Origin: Octopus sinensis
Lineage: Eukaryota
Length of the DNA stretch: 64,000 nucleotides
Assembly (NCBI RefSeq): GCF_006345805.1
Contig: NC_042999.1
Span: forward strand, 154,132,001-154,196,000
Reading direction: 5' to 3'
Below, piece by piece: positions 38,901 through 50,322 of the stretch. The translations under genes were made by a program, and so were the position numbers. Each line of letters starts with the position of its first letter. Within the stretch, counting starts at the first letter, position 1. Under the pieces are notes generated by a model. The model worked only from the letters and a program-made list of their open reading frames with translations. It was not told the origin of the DNA and did no database searches.

Positions 38901-39454
38901 ATGTCTGGCCACAGGGAAATATAACCTTGCTTATAAACGGGTGAAGACATCCAGCCATAGAAAATCTGCATCAACAAAATACACATGGCCCAATAAAAGC
39001 ATGAAAAAAATAGACATTAAAATGATGATAAAGATATATGTTCCCATAACTTAGCAGTTCAGCAAAAAAGACTGATAGAATAAGTACTAGGATTACAAAG
39101 AATAAGTCCTGGAGTTGATTTTCTTGACTAAATGCAGTGCTCCAACATTGCCACAGTCAAATGACCGAAACAAGTAAAAGAATATATATTCTTTTTCTTT
39201 ATTGCCCACAAGCGGCTAAAAATAGAGTGGACAAACAAGGACAGACAATGGGATTAAGTCGATTACATCGATCCCCAGTGCATAACTGGTACTTAATTTA
39301 TCAACCCCGAAAGGATTAAAGGCAAAGTCGATCTCGGCGGAATTTGAACTCAGAAAGTAACAGCAGATGAAATATCGCTAAGCATTTTGCCCGGCATGTT
39401 AACGTTTCTGCCAGCTCGCCGCCTAAGAATATAGACAGATAGATAGATAGATAG

Positions 39455-39645
39455 AGAGAGAGTTCATGAAAAAAACAAAAGACGAAGACAGGTGGTGTAC
39501 AAAACAAACAGATGTATTAGTATAACGCTTAGGAATAGAAAAAGTCTTTTACATTTCAAGCCTATGCTCTTCTACAGAAAGGGACAGAAAAAACAAGAGA
39601 AAAAAATGTGTGTAGTGGCTACCGATCTATCATGGCGACTGCTGG
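39455..39645 (-). mobile_element. Short Penelope-like repeat with hammerhead-like motif (39546-39581), sister of 43730-43935
   Basis: cttt-CUGUAGA-a-gagc atag gctt-GAAAU-GUA-aaag; adjoins (GATA)n. Confidence 0.6.
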
Positions 39646-41149
39646 ACAGAAGATAGATAGATACATACATACATACATACATACATACATACATGCACAT
39701 GTTTTGTGCATTTGTTTACAAATTCACTCTGCATTCATTTCTCCAGTCAACAAGTCATCCATAAGTGATCCCTCACTTCTAAAACAGATAAGAGTTAGTG
39801 ATTGGAAGAGCATCAAGCTGTCCAGCAGTAAAACAATACTCCAATAATATATTTATCTAACCATGGTTAGGTCAAAGAGATCTGAGGCTTAAATTGTCGA
39901 AAGCATGGAGAAAGCATATGTAAAAAATGAAGAAATGAAATTAACAAGATAAACAAAATATCAACAACCTATTTCTTTAATCCCATTCCACCCAAACTCA
40001 CAGCTACAGTGCTAATAGTGTGTTGCATTTCCTGTGTATGAATTCTGCAATACTCGAGGAAAAAAATTTCCATTTACATGGTTAGTTGACCCTGGCAACT
40101 CTTGAACTTCTAGTGGCATTACCAGCTTGGAATAAGAATAACGTTAGGTCAAAGAGATCTGAGGCTTAAATTCAGTCGAAAGCATTTCCACACATCAGAT
40201 TATCTCCAGTTCACTAAATACACATTAAGCTTAATTAAGCTAGGAGATCATTAGATGCTGAAAACAGTAACACCAAGCATCAAACGCACTCACACAAACA
40301 TATTTATATTCACAAATATACATATAAACACAAAAATATATACATAATATATACACACAAATATACGGAACCATTTTCTGTATTCTATACAAAAAGCTCT
40401 CATCAAATAAGAGCATATTGGAGGAGAAAGTGAGAAAGAGAGAGGGTAGATGAAAGTAATAGAAAAATAAATAGAGAAAATGAAATGAAAAACCATGCAG
40501 TTAAAATACTGCTGCACTGGGTATCCAAATGGGTAGATTATTTAACAACATTTTTAAACATGAAATTTAAGTTATAATGTTGACTTGTTAACATTCAAAA
40601 GTATATTTTGTACTGCTAAACCTCAGTTATTTTATGAAACATAATTATTCATAAAACATAATATTTTAAAATTGCCAAATTTAATAACATCTAATAAGAT
40701 CTACAGACACACAACTCTTCCCGCAATCTTGGATATAAGGGTGGTTTCAAATTTTGACACAACGCCAGTAATTTCACAGGAATGGGTAAGTCAATCACAT
40801 CAACCCCAGAGCTCATCTGACACTTATTTTATCAACCTAGAAAGGACGAAAGGCAAACACAGCCTCGGCGGAATTTGAACTGAGAACATAAAACCAGACA
40901 AAATCCTGCTAAGCAGTCTCCCCGGCATACCAACGATTCTGTTGGCTTACTGCCTTCAGATAGAAAATATTAAAATTAAAATTTTATGTATTTAAAGATT
41001 ACACTTATTAGATGAGTGCTTAAGTCTATTCACAACTGACTCAGGTTCAGTCCCATTGTGTGGCACCTTTACAAGAGCTTTCAACCAACCAAAGCCTTGT
41101 AAATGGATTTGGTAAACAAAAACTAAAAAAAAGCCCAACATATGTTATA

Positions 41150-41492
41150 GGCGTAGGAGTGGCTGTGTGGTAAGTAGCTTGCTTACCAACCACATGGTTC
41201 TGGGTTCAGTCCCACTGTGTGGCACCTTGGGCAAGTGTCTTCTACTATGGCCTCGAGCCGACCAAAGCCTTGTGAGTGGATTTGGTAGACGGAAACTGAA
41301 AGAAGCCCGTCGTATATATGTATATATATATATATGTGTGTGTGTGTGTATATATGTGTGTGTATCCCTGCCATCGCTTGACAACTGATGCTGATGTGTT
41401 TATGAGTCCCTGTAACTTAGCGGGGTCGATTTGCTCGACTAAAGGTGGTGCTCCAGTATGGCCACAGTCAAATGACTGAAACAAGTAAAAGA
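41150..41492 (+). mobile_element. SINE-A, near full-length with internal deletion
   Basis: ggcgtaggagtggctgtgtggtaag...ccttgggcaagtgtcttc...gaaacaagtaaaaga. Confidence 0.9.
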
Positions 41493-42187
41493 GATATGTG
41501 TGTGTGTGTCCTACAACCGCTGGTGTTGGTGTGTTTATGTCCCTGTAACTTTGCAGTTTTGCAAAAGAGGGCAATAGAAAAAGTATCAGGCGAGAGAAAA
41601 AAATATGTATTGAGGTCAATTTGTTCAACTTATTCAGGGTGGTGCCTCAGTAGGTCCGCAGTCTAGTGACTGAAACCGGTAAACAAATAAAAGGATTCAA
41701 ATATGCCCAAGCAGTCGAATGTGGTTGGTTTCATTAGTCGAGTAGTTACACATTAAATGCAAATAATAAACAAAAGTATTTTCCAGAAGAATGGTTCCCC
41801 ACCCAAACAACTGCTTTCAGAAGGCCACACATTAATCCTTCTGAAGGCTGCCGGTTCCACTCCTGTGAATTGACAGGCAACAGTGGCTTATGTCATACTA
41901 ACAATGCAATGATTTGTTCAAATAACCCAATCAAAATTGTTATACACAACCGGATAGTATTTATGTTTCATATACTTCCTCTTCAAATGTCTAACCAATG
42001 GATATCTTAAATCAGCAGTGTCACCAATATAAAGAAAAGTTCTTAATTTGAATGGGTACAAGCATGAGTGGGTGGTAAAAAGCTAGCTTCCCACCTACAT
42101 GGTTCCAGGTTCAGTATCTTGGGAAAATGTCCTCTACTATAGCCTTGGGTAGATTTGGTAGATGGAAATTGAAAAAAGCCAGTCATA

Positions 42188-42437
42188 TTATCATCATCGT
42201 TTAACATGTTTTCCATGCTGGCATAGGTTGGGTGGTTTGACTGAGGACTGGCAAGTCAGTAGGCTTGCACCAGGCTCCAATCTGATCTGGCAATGTTGCT
42301 ACAGTGGGATGCCCTTCCTAATGCCAACCACTCCAAGATTGTAGCACATGCTTTTTATGTGCCACTGGCACAGGAGCCAGTCAGGCGCCACTGTTATTGA
42401 CCACATTCGGATGGTGCTTTTACGTGACACTGGCATA

Positions 42438-42475
<38 letters not shown>

Positions 42476-42752
42476 TGCCAGCCTCGTCTGGCACCTGTGT
42501 CGGTGGCACATAAAAAACACCATTCGAGCGTGACCGTCTGCCAGCTTCGTCTGGCACCTGTGTCGGTGGCACATAAAATCACCCACTACACTCTCGGAGT
42601 GGTTGGCGTTAGGAAGGGCATCCAGCTGTAGAAACACTGCCAGATCTGACTGGCCTGGTGCAGCCTTCGGGCTTGCCAGACCCCAGTTGAACCGTCCAAC
42701 CCATGCTAGCATGGAAAGCGGACGTTAAACGATGATGATGATGATGATGATA
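42188..42752. mobile_element. Two (GAT)n-tailed SINE bodies (family C) in head-to-head orientation around (TA)n
   Basis: Minus copy 42188-42436 and plus copy 42472-42752, both with ggttggcgttaggaagggcatccagctgtagaaa and a taaacgatgatg tail. Confidence 0.85.
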
Positions 42753-42992
42753 TATATATATCAAACTAAAATCATTGAACAAGCAAATACAAGGTCAACC
42801 GCATGTCATTTCATATGCAGTCCTATTAAACCTTTTTTGTTATTATGAAATGACATGCGGTTGACCTTGTATTGCTTGTTCAATGATTTTAGTTTGATAT
42901 TTTTGTCTCTTCCAATAGAGCACTTCTATTGCAGTCCTATTAAACCTTTTTTGTTCCTGACAAGAAACAATTATTGTATCTATATATATATA

Positions 42993-43028
<36 letters not shown>

Positions 43029-43530
43029 CTGCCAGCCTCGTCTGGCACCTGTGTCGGTGGCACATAAAAAACACCATTCGAGCGTGACCGTCTGCCAGCT
43101 TCGTCTGGCACCTGTGTCGGTGGCACATAAAATCACCCACTACACTCTCGGAGTGGTTGGCGTTAGGAAGGGCATCCAGCTGTAGAAACACTGCCAGATC
43201 TGACTGGCCTGGTGCAGCCTTCGGGCTTGCCAGACCCCAGTTGAACCGTCCAACCCATGCTAGCATGGAAAGCGGACGTTAAACGATGATGATGATGATG
43301 ATGATATATATATCAAACTAAAATCATTGAACAAGCAAATACAAGGTCAACCGCATGTCATTTCATATTGCAGTCCTATTAACCTTTTTTGTTATTATGA
43401 AATGACATGCGGTTGACCTTGTATTGCTTGTTCAATGATTTTAGTTTGATATTTTTGTCTCTTCCAATAGAGCACTTCTATTGCAGTCCTATTAAACCTT
43501 TTTTGTTCCTGACAAGAAACAATTATTGTA

Positions 43531-43532
<2 letters not shown>
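42472..43532. repeat. Tandem duplication of a ~510-bp unit bounded by (TA)n (42472-42980 and 43026-43532)
   Basis: Copies differ by only a few 1-bp indels; each holds a SINE-C body and a ~57-bp-arm hairpin. Confidence 0.92.
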
Positions 43533-43579
<47 letters not shown>

Positions 43580-43682
43580 CTATATTCTACATTATTATTA
43601 TAAATATAAATAAAACATAAAAAACAGAGTTGGAATTTCTTTGAATAATATATATCCCTCTACAAACAATCATAAAAACCCC

Positions 43683-43727
<45 letters not shown>

Positions 43728-43729
43728 CG

Positions 43730-43935
43730 GGAAGCTTTATGAAAATAAACAAAAGACGAAGGCAGGTGGAAAACAAACGAACAATTGTATTAGTATGGCG
43801 CTCAGGAAATATAAATAAAACAAGTCTTTAACGTTTCGAGCCTACGCTCTTCAACAGAAAGATACACAGAGAGAGAAAAACACAGAAAGAAGGAGAGAAA
43901 AAAAATGCGTGCAGTAGCTAACGAATCAACATGTT
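43730..43935 (-). mobile_element. Short Penelope-like repeat with hammerhead-like motif (43825-43862)
   Basis: tcttt-CUGUUGA-a-gagc gtag gctc-GAAAC-GUU-aaaga; adjoins (TA)n. Confidence 0.7.
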
Positions 43936-43970
43936 GCTATTATGCAAATGTGTCAAGTCCAAAACGCTGC

Positions 43971-44092
43971 TTTTTCACCATCCCATTTCTTTATACATTA
44001 GCAATACTTTCCACTTAACAATAATACTTTTTTTTCACCATCCCATTTCTTTATACATTAGCAATACTTTCCACTTAACAATAATACTTTTT
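43971..44092. repeat. Perfect 60-bp tandem duplication
   Basis: tttttcaccatcccatttc...ataatacttt twice. Confidence 0.95.
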
Positions 44093-45469
44093 TGTGTGCA
44101 AAAGATCGTAACTCCATGCATGTATGATATTTTCAGTCAGAAATATTTTTGCAAAACTGTCATATGCAGAACTTACTCCACTTTTGAAAAGTGCTAAACT
44201 GTTGTATGACACTTTGACAATTTTCATCTGGAGCAGCCGGCGATACAATAAGTTTGACCAAAAGAGCCAGCTTTTGACCAAATTTGGACATACAACAATT
44301 TAAGATAATAGCAATGATATATATTTGTGTGTGTGTGTTTGTGCCCCACCACTGCTTCACAACTGATGTTGGTATATTTATGTCCCTGTAACTAACTAGT
44401 TCTGAAGAAGACACCAACAGAATAAGTACAAAGTGTAACAAAATAAGAACTTCAAATTGTTTGATGAAAAATTCAAGGCAATGATTCAGCATGGCTGCAG
44501 TCTAGTGACTGAAACAGGGTAAGAGGCACACAAACATGTTATATAGGCTGTGGTAAAAACCAAACCTCCCTGGGTCACCAATTTTGATAAATGTTTCAAT
44601 AGAAAGTGAACAGTGTAGGTGCAGAAGTGGCTGTGTGGCAGGGAAAGTGCTTCCAAGCCACAAGGTTCTGGGTTCAGTCCCACTGCATGGAACTTTGGGC
44701 AAGTGTCTTCTACTATAACCTCAGGCCAACCAAAACCTTGTGAGTGGATTTGGTAGAGGGAAACTGAAAGAAGCCCAAAAACCTTGTGAGTGGATTTGGT
44801 AGAGGGAAACTGAAAGAAGCCCATCATGTGTGTGTGTGTATGTATGCATGTATATACTTGTGTCTGTGCTTGTCTCCCCCCCCCCACCACCACCACTACC
44901 ACCACCACTTGACAACCAATGTTGATGTATTTACGTCCCCATAACTTGGCGGTTCAGCAAAACAGACCAATAAAATAATTAACCAGGCTTACAAAGAATA
45001 AGTCTTGGGGGTTGATTTGTTCAACTAAAGGCAGTATGCCTTTATGCATGTATATATATATATATGTGTGTGTGTCTGGGAAACAATGCCAAGCATTTTG
45101 TTCGACGCACCAACTGCCCCCGCTGGCACCCAACCTAATTACAACAAGAGACAACGGTTGTTCAGAAGATTCAAATCAACTAAGTTTGTAGGACATGTTG
45201 GGGCGTGATTATTACTTTATAGCAAAAGTAGACAGTAAAAGACAATCAAAATAATTTGGAATATGTGACAGCATCGTTGTCACAGATATTTCCTTAATTT
45301 ATTATTTGTACTTAATAGTGTACTAAGAAGGATTGTTCTATCACTAGCTTGTTTTTATTTAATCCGCTAGATAAATAGCAGAAGATAGGTTTTCGTGTTC
45401 TCGTTGTTATGTTTTTGCTGATAAATTTCTTGTAATGAAAAGAAAATAATAATAATGATAATAATAATG

Positions 45470-45910
45470 ATAAATGAATGAAAAGAATGAGAGATAGAAA
45501 ATAGAAAAATGTAAAAAGGAAAGAAAGAAGGAAAGGTAAGAAAAGAAGGAAAGGAAAGAAAGGACGAAAAAGGAAAGGAAAGAAAGGACAAAAAAAGGAA
45601 AGGAAAGAAAGGACGAATAAGAAAAGGAAGGACGAAAAAGGAAAGAAGGAAAGGACGAAATAGGAAAGGAAAGAAAGGATGAAAAGGAACGAAAAAAGAA
45701 CGAAGGAAAGAAAGGATGACAAAGAACGAAAGAAAGAAAGAAAAGGACGAAGGAAGGAAAGAAAAAGGACGAAGGAATGAAAAAGAACACAGAAAGGAAA
45801 GAAAAGAGAAAAGATAACAGGAAGAAAGAAAGAGAGGTAAAGAAAGAAAGAACAAGAAAACTAGAAGCCAAAAAAAAGAAAAAAAAAGGAAAAGGGAAAG
45901 AAAGAGAAGC
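45470..45910 (+). repeat. ~440-bp nearly pure polypurine (GAAA/GGAA) tract
   Basis: Degenerate aaaggaaagaaaggacg units; source of three F/L/S-rich spurious ORFs. Confidence 0.92.
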
Positions 45911-46527
45911 CAAGCTAACTCTGTAGACGTCAAGCACCGACAACATTGCTGGAAATGGAATCTAAAAATTACAGCTGAAGTGGTGGCTGAACCTTAATTA
46001 GTGAGAACAGTAATAATAAATAAAATAATAATATTAATAAATACTGATGATTAGTAACAGAGAGAAAATACTAAATAGAAGTGACGTGGGCTCGAAAATC
46101 AGAAATCAGCCTTAGGTCAGGCAGCAGCTAAGCTAAGGCTCTATAGTCTAGGTTGTTAGTATTTGTATAATTAACGCTAGTACTGGTATAACTACTAAAG
46201 CAGATTTAACTGCCGAAATAACAATGGATTTAAAACTCGGGGAAAAAAACATTTCCAAGGCGACGTGTTCGGGGAAAATGACATGGAAACGAGAACCGCA
46301 TCCAGTTAAGTGGGATTTTTTTTTTTTTTCCCCTTTTTTTAATGTTGGCTTTCGTGTTTTGGAAAAATAATTGTGTATTTTATTTTGTTCCGTTTCTGTT
46401 TTTACTAAAAAAAAAAAACCAAAGGACGGGATGTTGTGGGTGTCATGATGTTCTTAACGGCCTTTATAACAACCAACACCAGTGTTTGTGCGTCGGGGGA
46501 TTTTTTTACCCCAGAAGCGAAACTTAC

Positions 46528-46900
46528 TTAACCGGGTTCTAAGTTCAATCCGTCGATATCCGCTACGTTAAAAAAGAAAAAAAAAACGACACGGATCTCC
46601 TTGAGCTCCTGGGCACAAGACTATAATTCCCTGGCGACGTGAAGAAAGAAAGGGATCTCGGATGATTTGTCATTCATGCCCTTCACAAGATCATTATCTT
46701 ACAAAAACAGTGAAATAAAATAATCAGGGGAGGAGAGGAACATATTCATAGGGAAAGCAGAAAGCAAGATGTAGTTATTCAAAGGAAGAAAAACAGGTAG
46801 GGGAAGGACCTGGAGATTACAACTCATTAAGCTGGCTATCGAAATGAATCAGAAATATTGACAGGAATAATCAAATTAAAAACCGTAATTAAGATAAGCT
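46528..46900 (-). promoter_or_regulatory. Candidate non-coding first exon / promoter
   Basis: Consensus donor TAA|gtaagt at 46528/46527 inside a SINE-free, CpG-rich stretch (46080-46950); only short uORFs. Confidence 0.35.
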
Positions 46901-47179
46901 TTCTATGTCTGTTAGTAGTCGTTTAGCTTAATCGAGTCGCCAGCAACAGTTCGTTCTGTTTGATGTGTGGTGTGTGTGTGTGTGTGCACGTGTAAGTATA
47001 TATACACATATATACACACATATGTAGGAAGGGATGTCAATATTTGTTGATATGTGTGCATACAAATGTGGGTGTATCTGTGTGTGTGTTGAGAGAGAGA
47101 GAGAAATAGGATAGAGATGGATGTATATGTGCGTGTGTGTGTATATATATATAGAGATAGATAAATAGATAGATAGATA

Positions 47180-47431
47180 GATACTACTTAAGAAGAGTGG
47201 TCTCGGAGCGCGCACTCGCGTACTCGCGCATCCGCGCTAGCTAGTCGTGACTAGTCGATCCTAAAACGACTACCTAGCAAAGTAAATAAAATACAAAATA
47301 TTTTTTTTTCACACAAAGTAAATAATTTTTGTTAAACAAATTAAATTAAAACACAAAGGATCGACTAGTCACGTCTAGCTAGCGCGGATGAGCGAGTGCG
47401 CGCACCGGGACCACTCTTCTTAAGTAATACC
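47180..47431. mobile_element. Second copy of the Merlin-like MITE
   Basis: Same TIRs (gatactacttaagaagagtggtc / gaccactcttcttaagtaatacc), shorter internal array; inserted at a microsatellite so TSD unreadable. Confidence 0.8.
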
Positions 47432-47463
<32 letters not shown>

Positions 47464-47744
47464 ATGTCTGTGTGGTTAGAAGTTAGCTGCAAACTATAAC
47501 CGAACCAGAAGCAACAGAAAACATACGGTGACATTTGCAGTTCGATATAAAAAAAAAAATTTTAACTTGACAAATGAATGACAATAACAGTTAATCCCTG
47601 AACTCTGAATTACCACCACTCAGGAATAAAACAACAGAATAACAATATTAAAACGAATGAGAATAATAGAACTTATTTTTGGCAAGTTAGACACTAGCAA
47701 GTGCGATGTGCAGACCTACTTCTAAATGTTAAGATACGGATCTT

Positions 47745-47782
<38 letters not shown>

Positions 47783-47838
47783 CACACACACACACATATA
47801 TATATATACACACACACACACACATATATATATAATAT

Positions 47839-47873
<35 letters not shown>

Positions 47874-47884
47874 CACACACACAC

Positions 47885-47915
<31 letters not shown>

Positions 47916-48020
47916 TATATATATATACACACACACATATATATATATACACACATATATATACACACACACATATATATATATATACACACACACACAC
48001 ATATATATACACACACACAC

Positions 48021-48065
<45 letters not shown>

Positions 48066-48125
48066 GGCAATCTTTCGTTTTGAGAACAGTTATGCCTATA
48101 TATATATATATATATATATACACAC
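47745..48125. repeat. Compound (TA)n/(CA)n microsatellite
   Basis: About 380 bp of alternating TA and CA blocks. Confidence 0.95.
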
Positions 48126-48587
48126 AAACGCGCACGTGAGTGAGAGAGAAAAAGTACTCAACGCATATAGTAGAGTATATTCGCTGATTAATTGTCATTA
48201 CTCCAAGTTCTCCCCCCCCCACACACACATCTCACATGTGCATTAGTTCGGGTAGCCGGGGTGGGTAGGTTCCTTGGAACAAACAGAAAGAATAAGAGAT
48301 ATAAGTCAAAGGGGGTACACACACACACGTTATATAATATTTTTATCAGGGCTGCAAAGTTTCATTGCACTTCTATATACATGCGTCTACGTACACCTGA
48401 ACGCATGTATGTGTGTGTGTATCTGTGTATACATAACATATATAGACAAAGAAGTACATACAGATTTAAATATACACACACGAAGATTTTGTGTTTTGAA
48501 TCACCCTGATAAAGATTTTGTGTTTTGAATCACCCTGATAAAGAATATTTCGTTATTGTATTTGGTTTGCGAGATTCTCAGTGCAGT

Positions 48588-49235
48588 CCTGTCTTGCTTC
48601 TTGAGACAGCATTCACCTGGGGTGGGTTGAGCTGGCTTCAGTCATCCTCAATGCTGCATCTTTCAAAAACGCCCACCAGATCTGGCGATTTGAGGCTAAC
48701 GACCGCGTGATCTCCAACCAACCCTTTTCCAGCAGCAAACGCCATAGAAATGGGGGCCTAGGTTGGATTCTAGATCAGCCTTGACTGTCATCAGGCAGGT
48801 TTTGCGTTGTCCACCACATCGCTTTCTCCAGCCCTGAAGGGGAGCTGGGGCGATTGCTTTGTAGATGAATTCTCCTGGTTGACAACAGAGGGCATGACCC
48901 AGCCAATGCAGCCATCTCGTTAGGATGACTTGTCGGAGGGAGGTGATTTTGCACTGGTGTCTTACCGAATTGTTGGAGACAAAATGATGCCATCGGACAC
49001 AAAGGATGCGGCGTAGACAGAGGTGATTGAAGGATTTTGTCGCTTAATATCTTCCACCCTCATCGGCCATGACGTGCTGCCGTAAAGGAGAATCATTCGC
49101 ACTAGTGCTTTGTAGATCCGTACTTTGGTGGTGCATTGGATCTCAGATCTTGACCAGAGTTGTGCATTGAGTCGGTTGAAGTATTGAGTTGGGTTGTGGT
49201 GAAACAGATTTTGTTGTATGATGGGAGGGTCGTTA
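48588..49235 (-). pseudogene. RTE-clade LINE 3' fragment
   Basis: TKVRIYKALVRMILLYGSTSW ... RWLHWLGHAL ... GWRKRCGGQRKTCLMTVKADLE; frameshifts; short tandem 3' tail. Confidence 0.9.
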
Positions 49236-49359
49236 TGCCAGTAATAAAAATACACGTGTTCAATTTCACTTTTATTTTTATTAGTCAACTGGTTAACCAT
49301 TTAAACAATTAACTAATAGATTGTTTGATTAATTGTTTGGTCACTCAATCAATCAGGTT

Positions 49360-49402
49360 TGTCAAAGTCCTTTCATTGCCATTTGCAACCTCATCAGTGA
49401 CA
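49360..49402 (-). ncRNA. Minimal type I hammerhead ribozyme (possibly one mutation in stem III)
   Basis: tgtca-CUGAUGA-g-gttgc aaatg gcaat-GAAA-ggac-UU-tgaca: 5-bp stem I, 5-bp stem II. Confidence 0.7.
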
Positions 49403-50101
49403 TAAACAGCCAACGAAAAATAGAAAACTGAAGTGAAATACAACCAGTGCATGTGTTTATTCTTTTCTACTCTTGGCACAAGGCTCGACTTGGGGTGGAG
49501 TGGGGGCAGTCGATTAGATCGACCCTGAAAGGATGAAAGGCAAAGTCAACCTTGGCGGAATTTGAACTCAGAACATAAAGACAGATGAAATACTAAGCAT
49601 TTCGCCCAAGGTGCTAACGTTTCTGCCAGCTCGTCGCATTAGTGCATGTGCTTATTATTGATATAATGACCCTCCTGAGATTATATATGTGTGTATATAA
49701 TTGAGTACCTACAGATTTCTCATCAGCTCAGCATAGAGGGTTTCCTTTTTTTCACTAACCTTCAACATTATGCTGACGTCTGCTTGGCAATTGATTTCAC
49801 CTACTCTGCCTTAGTTCTTTACATAGTCCCAGATCATTATGTCTGGTCTGTTGTTCTTGACAGGGACATTCCACCACTACTCACTCATTATGTGTGGTTA
49901 TACTGGTTATACCGTTCATATCAGTGTAGCTTCTCAAATGTGTCATTTCAAGATTATCTCCTCTCTATAAATTTCATTACGTATTGGTCTAATCATGTCT
50001 CATAGGTACAAGACAATGTGAATAATATCCCTCCACCACAATGATCATTTCACAAAACCTGCATCCGTGTGTGTGTGTGTGTGTAGTGTTAGATGCTTTA
50101 A

Positions 50102-50322
50102 CCCTTTAGTGTTCAGATTATTCTGTTAAATGTAACACTTTTTCACTCAAATTGTTTTGAATTAATCATGCATTATCTTATAGCTTTGAGGTTTCAATGA
50201 TGTGAATGTTTATTTTTAGAATGTCACTGTAGGTTAGGTGTGAGAGGCTGGATATCGCCAGTTTGAATATAAAACATGTATAATATATTGGGCCGGATGT
50301 GGCTGGTTTAAACACTAAAGGG
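50102..50322. mobile_element. piggyBac-type MITE
   Basis: TTAA|ccctttagtgtt ... aacactaaaggg|TTAA, perfect 12-bp TIR. Confidence 0.9.

Noticed and set aside
45312-45946. Three long F/L/S-rich ORFs (136-188 aa)
   Set aside because: Translations of the polypurine tract; not coding.
47694-48228. Long C/V/Y/I and H/T/Y/I ORFs
   Set aside because: Compound TA/CA microsatellite read-through; the same applies to many short ORFs with YIYI or CVCV runs.
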